The notes beneath the pieces were generated by a model. It was not told where the DNA came from. It did not search any database and saw only the letters and a list, made by a program, of their open reading frames with translations. A stretch of DNA of 64,000 bases from the NCBI GenBank assembly GCA_016748015.1, contig JAAOMT010000226.1, forward strand, positions 1,036,604 through 1,100,603. Reading direction: 5' to 3'. The translations under genes and the position numbers were made by a program. This DNA is from Geosiphon pyriformis uo1. Lineage: Eukaryota; Fungi; Glomeromycota. Of this stretch, positions 38,795 through 50,600 are shown piece by piece (within the stretch, counting starts at the first letter, position 1; each line of letters begins with the position of its first letter).

Positions 38795-41700
38795 GTGGTG
38801 ACCACACCAGACACAACAACTCTAAAATATTACCAGTCAATTTACACACACTGCAAGCAAAGATTCAACATTCCAGACGGAATTGAAGTTGTCAAAAAAT
38901 TAGTATACCAATACATTAAAAACCACATCAACAATTATTTTTTTAGAAACTACAACATTTCAAAAGTTAGAAGCAACCTCTACAATAATTTAGTGCACTA
39001 TTCACAATTGGAAACAGAAGACCTGAATAGTGAAACACTTGCTACCTACTTCCAAAAACTTAATTTTAACATTATTGAGTATTGTGAAAAAAAATACCCA
39101 GTACAGTCTAAATACTCTTTTGACTTTGAATCAGAGACAGAAACAAGCAACAAAGGCAAACAAAAATTGAAGCAATATTCAAAAACCACCCTAAATACTC
39201 CAATACTACCAAAAACAACTGTCAAACACTTACAAACACCTGAACAAGAAACCAGTTCAAAACTTCCACTTACTATTACACCTTTTCCAGCTTCACTTAC
39301 ACAAGCAGAAACTCCTAATTTACCTTTAAATTGATTTTCAAGACTAGAAGATTATACATCACCCAGAAGTCCCACCAGATAACAAAAAATCCTTCAGACT
39401 AGTACCAATCTTCTTGACTATTTAGCAAAAAACACAAGCAAACACTTTGAAACATTAGCCAACGAAGAAAACGTTTCTGAATCCATTGAAGAAGAAATAG
39501 AATCTGAAGAAGAAAGTAAATTAACAGATAATGAGGAAGAAAACGAAATAACAGCTTATATTGCAAAAATTCCCAAATTTAATGGAGAAGATATTGAGAC
39601 CAGTCCCCAAGAATGGCTCAACCAAGTTACTAAAGCTGGAGATACAAATGGATGAAATGCTGCCAGAATGCTAAGAACAATTCCCTACTTTCTCAAAAGA
39701 ACAGCAGGCAAATGGTTTGAAAACTTGACCACTCTTTTTAATGACTGGACAGCTTTCAAAACTGCCTTCTTAGAACAATTTACCAATAACAACACCTCAA
39801 TTACACTTCGAAATTGTTTTCGTAATATCAAACAAGAATCCTCTAAATCTGTCATGACTTATATTGGGAAATTCAACAAACTTCTCAGACAAATTTGCCA
39901 GCTTGAAACTAATGATTATTATTCCGATGCTCAAATTTTGGATCAATTTATTGCTGGTTTAAAGGATAAACTGATTAAAAAAGTTCACCCACATGTACCA
40001 GAAAATTTAGCCACTGCTATTCAACATGCGAAAAACTATGAAATGGCCATAAAAGAAGCCAACCATACCAAACTTGTTAACCTGGCTATTGAAAAAACCA
40101 GCTCAGCAGCTGAAGAAAAGATTGACCAATTAACCAAAAAAGTTGAACACTACTTTACCAACCAACAGCAACAACAGCAGTTATAGCAATCACAACAAAC
40201 ACAAAGATACTAATGCCCACAAAGACGAAATCAAAATAACTTTGCACTACTTTCTAATAACCAGCCTCAGAATTGCCATTACTATGGAATCCCTGGCCAC
40301 TGGAAAAGAGAATGCAGAAAGCTACAATGAGACCAACAAAATAGGAGTAATCAACATTACCCTCCACCACAGCAATTTTATTATCAACCACCACTACCAG
40401 CTTACTATTCACCAAGACTCCAATACCAAAGTAACTATTATCAGCCCATCCTACAGCCAATCCAACAGCAATACCAACAACCAACCACACAACATTATCA
40501 AGTATCTGCTTGAAGATTGATTCTGCAAAATCTATTCATACCACAAAACTGATACTAAGTAAACAACAATAAGATCAATTCAAACAACCAATTGGTTCTC
40601 TAAAATTCAGCTCAACTAAGACCCAACCACTATCATACTCAAACTAATTATCTTATGATGCCAAAAGAACAGGATTTTTACTATACTGCACTCTTAGAAG
40701 GTAAAGCTGCAGCACAATGACAAAACTCTTCTTATACTCCTACCACAATCCTACCAGCCAGAATTGCTGAAAACGCCAACCTTTTAGATATATTTCCTTT
40801 TGAATTTGAAGCAAATGAATTACCATTCTTGCTTAGCAATGCAGTGGCTAATAAGCAAAAAGCCATCACTGCAATGTACACAGAAGCTGAAATAGAAGGA
40901 AAGCCAATTTGCTTGATCCTAGACAGTGGATCCACCAGAAGCATCATCACATATCAATTGATACAACAGTTAAAAAAAAATGTTAACTGACCAGCTCAAA
41001 CAATTGTTGTTACTGCTGATGGCATGAAAAAGACTCCAGTAGGAGAGATTGACAACTTCCCATTCACAATTGACAGAATTACCATTCTAGTCAAAGTCCT
41101 AGTCATAGATGCTCCCCAATACCAAGCTTTTGTCGAAAACAATTGGCTTCAAAAAGCCAATGCTAATCTGAATTGGGAAACACAAGAGTTAACAATCTCC
41201 TACCAAGGACAACATGCCTGAGTACCTGCCACTTGTGGTACATTTAACAAACGCTCTGAAAAAGCCCCGGCTTTTGAATTTAAACCAGAAGAAAAAAAAC
41301 TCATCATTGAAACATTTATGGCACTTGGATCAACCTCCAATTGGGCTGATAAAACTAAACAACAGTATTTTTCAACATATGATTCTCTTGAAACAAAAGA
41401 ACCAGTAACATCCAGATGGAATGTCTTCTATTCAAAACCAGAATCATGAAAACAATGCCTTTACATTCCACTCAAATGCAAAGATTGCCACAAGAAACTT
41501 TTATCAATGGGAGCCTGCATTTCATCTGAAGAAGAATATGAAAATCATACTTGTTATTACTACAAGGCTTGCCACAGAGAACAATGGGGCCACCTAATAA
41601 AAAGAAATGAAAAATGGGACAACACCCCTTGTTTAACTTGTGGAGATATGCTACCAAAAGAATGCAATTGGATTGATGTAGCAATGAGAGGAGAAGTCTG

Positions 41701-44457
41701 CAATCAAACCTGCCAATATGCTTTATCAATTTCAGAAAAAGTCAAAAGAGAAACACCTTTTGATGCTGCTTACAATAGCACCCTCAACAAACTGTACTAT
41801 TACCCTCACAATGCCAAAATAATTTTTGATTTAGCAATGGCTTTAATCAACAGAGCCACTCAAAAAAATGTTCATCAAATAAAAGAATCAGAATATATTG
41901 CATATACTGTTGAAATCACTGGATACAACTACAAAAATGAAGTAGAAGTATATTACCAAATTGCCAGTCACACCTACCTGACCAAAGAAGCTCAAGCTTA
42001 ATGACTAGAGCAAATGAACATTAAATTATATAAGGAATGCATAATGCCTTGCAATGAACAATGGTGTCCTGAATGCTACACACTTAGCATTTCCTTGTCC
42101 AGTAAAAGTGATAAATATGAAATTGAATTTGGAGAATCTGAAGCAATAGAAGAAATAGAAGTCACACCCATTTATCTCATCAAAAATCAGCCTGCTTCAC
42201 AATTCAACAATGAACAAGAAATAAAGCCTGAAAAAGCCCACAAAATTGATGCTGAATATGATCTAAGATATCCAGGAAAAGATACCCTTACTCTCAAACC
42301 TAAATCACTCACAAAAATCAATCTCAAAATTGCCCTCAAAATCCCACCAGAAGCAATGGTCCAAATTGCTTCATGATCATCATTGGCGAGCAAAGGAATT
42401 AATGTTAGAGAAGGAATCATAGATGTGGGATATACAGGAGACATTACAATCATGTTACAAAATGAAACCAATAAATTTTTTCAAATTGAACATGCCGAAA
42501 AAATTGCTCAAGCTATTTATTTACCCTTAATCAACATTTCGGGTTTATAATTAGTCAGTCAAAGAGAACAATTGGGAAAGAATGAAAGAAGAACCAAAGG
42601 TTTTGGTTCAACTGAACGATTCACAGTTCCAGTAAACATAGCTCTTAATAAACAAAATGAATCTCACCAGATTTTATGACTCCCACAACCAATTACTATT
42701 TCACCCTTTGGAAAACATCCGGAAATCTACACCTGCTCAAAGTCAACAACTACACAACAAATTTTTGAATCCAACAAAAAAGTCTGCTTGGAACATAATA
42801 TCTCAATCTCAAACATTTATATTCCAGAAGAAACAAAAAAAATCCGAGTTATTTTTTACAATCCCAACAATTATCCCATAGTTTTATTAAATAACTTAGA
42901 AATTGGAGTCATTCACAGTAACATCTTTCAACAAGAATTACCCCAGACAGTTCCCAATTTCTCAGAAATCATTGAACATTTACTACTAAAAATCAACCCA
43001 AATTCTAGTTCTGAAAACTACCATGTTGTTATGGAAAAACTATCTCAAATCAACATGAAACAACTTGAACCACAACAACAGAGTCAGCTTAAAGAGCTAA
43101 TTGCAGAATTTGTTGATATCTTTGCCAAAAACAACAATGACTTAGGAAGAACCAATTTGGTTCAACACCAAATCTATACAGGAAATGCCAAACCAAAGTG
43201 ACAACAAGCCTACCAAATTGCCCCAAAAAGTCACCAATTTATCTGAAAAGAAGTGCAATGGATGCTTAACAATAGCCTTATTCAACTATCAATGAGTCCA
43301 TGAATCTTACCTGTGGTTCTAGTTAAAAAAAAAATGGAAAGATATGATTTTGTGTTGATTATTGACAATTCAACAGTATTACTATTGGAGATGTCTACCC
43401 TCTTCCCCGAATTGATGACATATTGGATGCCCTTGGAAAGTCCAAATACTTTTCGACATTAGATTTAGAGAGCAGATACTGGCAAGTTGTCATGGATCCC
43501 AAAAATTGCCCCAAAACAGCATTTACCATGCAAGGAGAAAATTACGAGTTTAACATAATGCCTTTTGGATTATGCAATGCACCAGTAACATTTCAAAGAC
43601 TCATGGATGTTATTTACAAAAGCCTCCTTTGGAAATCAGTAGTTGTCTATTTCGATGATACTGATGTTTATTTACCATCTTTTGAATTACACTTAAAACA
43701 CCTGCGAGAAGTTTTTCAATGATTACGAAAAGCAGAATTAAAACTGAACATCGAAAAATGCTACTTTGGAAAAACAAGTTTGGTTTTTCTTGGCCACATT
43801 GTAAGCAAAGATAGAATTAAACCAGACTCTGGAAAAATCAGCACTGTCAAGAACTTCAAGACTCCATAAAATACCACAGAATTGAGAGAATTTATTGGAT
43901 TAGCTTCTTATTACCAAAAATTCATCAAAGGATTCTCAGAAATTGCAAAACTCTTCAACCAGCTCACTACTAAAAATGTCGAATACAAATAGATAAAAGA
44001 ACACCAAAAAGCTTTTGAAATTCTCAAGAAAAAGCTGACAACAGCTCCAATTCTAGCCTACTCAGACTTCAGTAACCAATTTTGACTAGCTACAGACGCT
44101 TTTTACACTGCCTTTGGTGCTATCTTATCACAATTAGATGATAATAAAAATGAGCGAGTAATTGTCTATGCTAGCAGAACATTAAAACCAGCTGAGAAAA
44201 ACTATCCTGCCACAGAACTAGAAACAACAGCTGTAATTTGGGCCCTACACCACTTCAACCTTTATCTCAGACCTAAAAAATTCGATATTATCACTGATAA
44301 TATTAGACTCAAATGGCTTCAGAACAAAAACACTTAGCTAAACACAAAACAAACCTGATGGACAGAATTTTTAGCCAACTACTAATACATTGTACACCAC
44401 AAACCAGGAAAACTCCACACCAATGTTGATTGTCTCTCAAGAATGAGGCAAGATTAG
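38795..44457 (+). pseudogene. gag-pol: N-terminal extension, Gag, CCHC, protease, Cys-rich module, dUTPase, RT, RNase H
   Basis: CHYYGIPGHWKREC; LILDSGS; dUTPase SSLASKGI..IIDVGYTGDI..KIAQ..KGFGST; RT MPFGLCNAP, YFDD; RNase H TDA, NYPATELE, HKPGKLHTNVDCLSR. Confidence 0.9.
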
Positions 44458-44503
44458 AATACAAAACCAACACCCATTTGAATTAACAACAAAACAACAA
44501 ACA

Positions 44504-45889
44504 ATGAACTCTGAAAGCTACAACAATTTTAAACAATATTTAAAGACATTAACAATCCTAACAGATTGGTCCCCAGATGAAAAACATCAGTTATAACAAC
44601 AAGCCAAACAATACTTCTTACACAACAACATTATTTATTATTGAAACTTCAGAAACCCAGACAGTCTGCTCAGATTAATACAAGAACATGAAAAAGAAAC
44701 CATTTTATATAACATGCACTCAGACTTTTCATCAGCACATCTAGAAAAAAACAGCACCACCCAGAAAACACTAGAATATTATTTTTGGTTTCAAATGAGA
44801 AAAGACATTCATAAATATGTTAAGTCTTGTGATAGTTGTCAAAGAAGAGAAGGAACTTGTCCTACAGAACCTTTAAATCCAATCAAAGTTGAACAGCCTT
44901 TTGACCAAATTGGTATCAATTTAATTGGACCACTCCCTATCAGAAACCAAGGAAACTGTTATATTGCAATAGCTGTAAACTATCTCACCAAATAGCCTGA
45001 AGCCAGAGCTATTCAACGAACAAATGTGAAATCAGTAGCAAACTTCATCTATGAAAACATCATTTGTAGACATAGATGCCCAATAGAACTTTTATCTGAT
45101 CAAGGAACACATTTTGTGAACAATTTAATCCAGGAAATTTGTGAACAATTTAATGTCAAGAGACCATTATCTTCACCCTACCATTTACAAACAAATGGAC
45201 TTGTAGAACGTTTCAACAGAACATTGTGTGAATCATTAGCCAAAGTCTCAACCGATTTTGAGCAAGAATGGGATATTTTTATTCTATCAGTGTTACTAGC
45301 ATATAGAACACTAAAACAAGATACCACAAAACACACACTATTTGATTTAACTTACGGAAGAACAGCAACATTACCAATTAGTTTCACAGTGGAAACATAC
45401 CCAGCACAACCAATCAATAAAAACAATTTCCAGAAAACACTACAACAAAGAGCCTACACTCTGCTTAACACATTGGAAAGAAAATGATAAATAGCAGCCA
45501 CCCATATTAAACACTCTCAAGCTCAACAAAAACAATGGCATGATGACAAATTGCCTCCAGTTACCAATGTATTTAAAATTAGAAACAAAGTTCTTTTATA
45601 CAGAACTAAAGCTGAAAAACAATAGAGTAGAAAATTTGAAAATAAATGGGATGGACCATTCTTTATCCATGAAGTTCTAGGCAATGGATCATACAAGCTA
45701 AGACTTGATGACAAAATCCTAGCAAAAGTTGCACATGGAGATTGTTTGAAACACTATAATTCCAGAAACAATTCTGAATCATTAATTCCACAAATTGGTA
45801 TACATTCCTCTTTAATCAATCCCAAAAATATTCTCCAAAATTTAGAACCAATAGTTGTCATTGAACAACCTCCCAACTTGAACACTTAA
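44504..45889 (+). pseudogene. Integrase (HHCC, DDE core, GPF module), apparently a separate ORF
   Basis: ATG at 44504. Motifs H..AH..CDSC, SDQGTHF, QTNGLVERFNRTL and KWDGPFFI follow. Stop at 45887-45889. No chromodomain is recognisable. Confidence 0.85.
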
Positions 45890-46011
45890 TTTAAATTTAT
45901 TATTATAGTTATTTTCTTATAATTTAGAAACAATCTCACAAAAACAAAACAAAAATAACATAAAAATCCATACACCAAAAATAATTTTCTTTTATTTTCA
46001 AATCTCTTATA

Positions 46012-46731
46012 ATGACTATTCCTCAAAACATTCAACAATTATCCTAAAAACTAATGTTAGCTTTAAAAACAATATCCGAATTATCCATTACTGTTACTGG
46101 AAATCACATTAATTATACCCAAACAGAAATAGTTACAAATTTAGCCCCAAATTTATGAAAATATCACCCATATAAGAAAAACACAAGAAGTTATTCTGGA
46201 ATTCACCTGCCAGAACTTTTAAAGCTTGCTTTAAGAGAAAACTTAATGCTCACTCTTATTAGTATTTCACTAAATGCTACTATTCAACAAAAACTTCAAC
46301 TGTGTCTTAATAAAGAAAACCACAACTATACTCCAATATATAGATATTTTTACATTGGAAAAACACTTCACAAACAAAAACAGGAGCTTACAGTAGCAAA
46401 CCTCACAAAAGAAGCTATTCGGAAACAACTCTACAATGAATTCAAGACAACAGCTGGACCTACAAACAGTCATTATAAACTAAGAGCTGCTCTTAGACTT
46501 TATGACCTATTCCACACCTGTGAAAACGTCCTACAAAACTCAATTTTACAACCTTTGAAGATTCAATACATTGGAAAGCTCACAGAACTAAAATTTCAAC
46601 AATTTTCAGACCAAATTTCTTCAATAATTTTGGATTACTATCTGGAAATTACAGATGGTACTTGGACTTTGACGGAGCTCAGTTTTGAGGAGAAGATTAT
46701 ATTACCAGACGAAATTAGAGATATTGCTTAG
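46012..46731 (+). pseudogene. Gypsy ORF3, unknown function (about 240 aa), overlapping the PPT and 3' LTR start
   Basis: ATG at 46012 is in frame with the 46246-46731 ORF, with two C>T-type stops between them. A homologue lies at 61338-61762 on the minus strand. Confidence 0.7.
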
Positions 46732-47669
46732 CATGAAATTACCCTTATAATTCTTATCATTAATTAGCATTTCAAATTATTACTTATTACATTAGCAAAA
46801 TATCTGAAATTATCATTTAATTAATAACCCAATTTGTACATAACACAAATGTAACCTAATTGCAATAATCAATTATGCAATATCTCAAACTATGTAACAT
46901 TCAAAAAGTTTGCCAAAATTTGTAAAAATTCGCTGAAATAATTGATAGTTCACCAAAATATCTAATAGTTTGCAGAAATAACTTGTAGTTTGCCGAAATG
47001 TATCTCTAGTTCAGCGAAATTAAAGAAAATAGCAAAGTTCAAGTTCATAGAATAGTGTTATGACAAGTTGTATAAAAGAAAAGCTTCTTTCTTTGAGAAA
47101 ATGTATCTTACTTTAGATTTATCACTTAGAACCATTCTTACACACACAAAAAAAAATAAATATCAAATAATTCAAAAAACCAAATTCTTTAATTATTGCA
47201 CTTGAAAAATTCTCAAAACCCAACTAACATTTTGAAATTGATTAGCTACCAATTTCGGTAAACTGTTAGTGACTCTAGGCCTGGATAGAAAATGTTTCTT
47301 TTGATAAAATCCTATTTCTTTTATATTTCTTTTATTTTATTTTTCTTTTCTTATTACAATCATTAGGGTAGCCTACAGACGAGATTCCTGTAAGAGAGTT
47401 GACTTTTACAGCAAAGTAACTACATATTTTTAGTGAGCTTCTAGATGAGCAATTTTTGGGAAAAAGTTAACATTTACTACAACGTAACTACATAAAGTAA
47501 CTGGCAAGGAATTGGCCATTCTACTTATAAGCCCAGCAGTTCAAATTATAGGAGATAATTTAAATATAAATTCAGTTCTTGGAGGTCCAACCACATCCAT
47601 AAAACATAAATTCACAGCAAACAAGTATCAACAACATTACAGAAAAGAGACTGAAAACCTTTGGTAACA
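46700..47669 (+). repeat. 3' LTR, family A
   Basis: Direct repeat of the 5' LTR, followed by TSD ATGT. Confidence 0.95.
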
Positions 47670-50600
47670 ATGTAAATAGAAGCACTATTGAATTAGAAAG
47701 TATAGATATAAAGAAGAAGTATTTGATAAAGAAGACAAGTTTTTAACAGGAGAGTAAAGAGAAATTTGGTGATAATACTGTTAATATAACACCCAAAGAT
47801 TTAAAAAAAATAGTTATAAAACATGTACTTGGAAAGCCTCTGGATATAATAAACTTTAGTATAGAAGATAATAATAATAATAATGTTTTGAACAAGTTGC
47901 TTTTGCTTCTTTCTTCTCTCTTTTTTAAACTTACAGTTCAAGTTTTGGTTAAGAAGTTTTTTGCTCTGAATATTGATTTTATGGTAGTGGCTGGCAAATC
48001 TGCTTAAGATAAATTATATTTTGTCAAAAACTCTTTTCTGGTGTGAATGGTTTTGGAGAGGCCTTTATCTTTTCAAAATTTGGTGAAATTATCCAGGTTT
48101 TTTTCATATTTAAAAAGGCAATAATAGATGTGGCTAAACTGGCAAATAATTGAGATGTTGTAGTAAACACCAATCTTAAACATCTTATTAATAATTGCAC
48201 AAATTAGGCAATTGTGTTAAAAAAAATTTCTGTAGAAACATCTGTTAAGACTGTACATGCTGTTGTATCTGATTTTGGTATTATTAAGTTGATCAAGATA
48301 CAATTGGTAAATCTGTGACAAAAAGCAATTGTCAAATTAAAAGATCAAAATCAAGTCAATTTTTTGGCTTTTGAGTGGTCTATTCTTATTGAAAAAGATG
48401 CTGTTTGAGTGACCAAAGCTGATTTCAATAAACAAATATGGAATTCCAGAGATAAGTTTAGGGCTTTGCTCTATATATTTCCTATAGAAATTACTACTTA
48501 TAATATTTTGGTAAGAAAACTTGTGTTATTGATCATAATTCTGTCAATTATACTTGTGCTTACTGTACTACTATGTGTTTTGGCTTTGAGTTAAACATAA
48601 CTAATACAATAGCTGTAACTTTAGTTATAAAGAGAGTTGGTTTCTATTGGTTATATCTGTCTTTTGCTTTGTGTTCTGTCTGTAGAATTTCTAGTTATAC
48701 ATTTCTTATTTGTAAGTCTGTGAAGATATCATTGGCTCCAAGAAGCAAAAAGTCTTCTCTTTTAGCCTATAATTAATTCAAGTTGGCAAAAATTTATAAA
48801 AAAAAGTCTGTGCTTATCTCTCATTTTTTGGCATCAGTAGTTGGTGTCTCTTTCATATATGTATATTATAAAGATAAATTATGTTTTGGTTCTGTTAATA
48901 TGAATAAACTTTTTCCACTTGTTATAAATAATTTGGAGTTATATTTGGTCAATATTGAAAGCAGTTTTATCAGTTTTGCAGAACAAATTGGTAAGTTGGC
49001 TAAAAGATTGGAATTATTTATGTCAACAGTTTTCCAATTTAGCTCTGGATGTCAGCTGCCAGTAATCTTTCTATTACAGAATCAAATAGATGATATAATG
49101 ATAGGAGAGGGCTTGGGTAAAGCCACTAGTAACAAGACTGTTGTAGTTTTGGGCTCATCTGCTTTTCTTGATGTGATTAAATTAGAGAATATGTTAGAAA
49201 AACTTTCTGTCTTAATGCTGAATTTGTTGATTCTAGAGACAGAAAAGAGAAAAAAAAAGCCAATTTTAATGATTTAGTTTTGGCTAGTAGTGTGATTCTC
49301 AAATTTTTTTCTTAATAAGTAGTCTGGTATAGAAATTTGCTATATGTAATATCAAAGAGATAAACAATACTACAAAGCAGAGGAATATTATTCATTGGCA
49401 TTTGAATTTTAAAAATAATATTTTAATTGTTATTGAAACTAAGCTTTACTTTAGCATTAGGCCTTGGATTGCAAATAAATTTTCTGGTGTTAAAGTGTTT
49501 ATTATTGGTTTAAATTTTGGGTCTTTAGGTATTAGTGTTGCTGTAATTATAAGTGTTCATTTGACAAAGCATTTTTTAAAGGTTTCTAAGATTTCAGATA
49601 GGTTGTTGTTAATTTGTTTATTATTTAAAAACAGACAATCAGTTGCTGTTTTGGGTTTGTATGCTAAGGCTTTTCTGAATAGATGCTTGAATTAGACTAG
49701 TGTTATTAATTTTTTCATTGCCAGAGCTTACAATAAAAACACTTTTGTTATATTGGGAGGTGATTTCAATAAAAATGATACTAAGCAAAGTGCCAGTTTT
49801 AAAAAATGTGTAGATTTGAGTTTAGTTAATTTTCTTTTGGGCTCACAATTTGATATCATTAAATCTGCTCTGGCTAAAATTAGAAAATCATACTGTTTTT
49901 TTAATATGTTGAAATTAAAACATGCTGAAAAATTCTGGATCAGATTGGTGATTGACAACAGAATAAGTAGTTTTGAAATAAACAAAAGTCATATTATTAG
50001 GAGTGTATTAAAGCATCTTTTTCACAAAGTGGTTTTAAACCATTTGGTTATTGATAATAAACTAATTTTGGATTCTAATCTGGTTAAGTCCAAAGTTGAT
50101 GTAATTATAGAAGAATGAACTAGGAAACATGAAGTGGTTTCTAATGTTTCTTGTAATTAGTCTCATCAATATTAACTGTTGAAGTACATTTTTAATGGTG
50201 TTTTCTCAGATATGATGTGTTTAATTGGTTTTAATGAATTGTTTAATGTGATTTCTGTTTTACCTGATGGCAAAACTGCTGGTTTTTTTGGTATTTCTAA
50301 TGAGCTCTAGAAACATTATAACAAATTTGTTTTGAATATGCTTTTGGTGTTTTTAAATTCATGCTTAACTTGTAAATTGGTATCTAGTTCCTGAAAAAAA
50401 GTTTGGATCTCAATGATTCCCAAACCATATAAGTAGGAAAGCATTTTTATGAATATTCGATCTATTGCTTTAATTAAAACTGCTTGTAAAATTCTTTTTA
50501 AGATTTTTTCTGACAAGATTTCTTTGGCTTGCAGTGCTTTTAATGTTCTCTATAAAAATAATTTTTCAGTTTTAAAAATTACAACAACACAATCCTCTAT

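Larger units (their letters stand above)
37799..47669 (+). mobile_element. Full-length Ty3/Gypsy LTR retrotransposon, family A (dUTPase-bearing)
   Basis: Two LTRs of about 0.95 kb with TGTTAC..GTAACA termini. TSD ATGT on both sides, PBS-like ttTGGT at 38750, purine tract at about 46686-46697, and domain order PR-RT-RH-IN. Confidence 0.95.
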
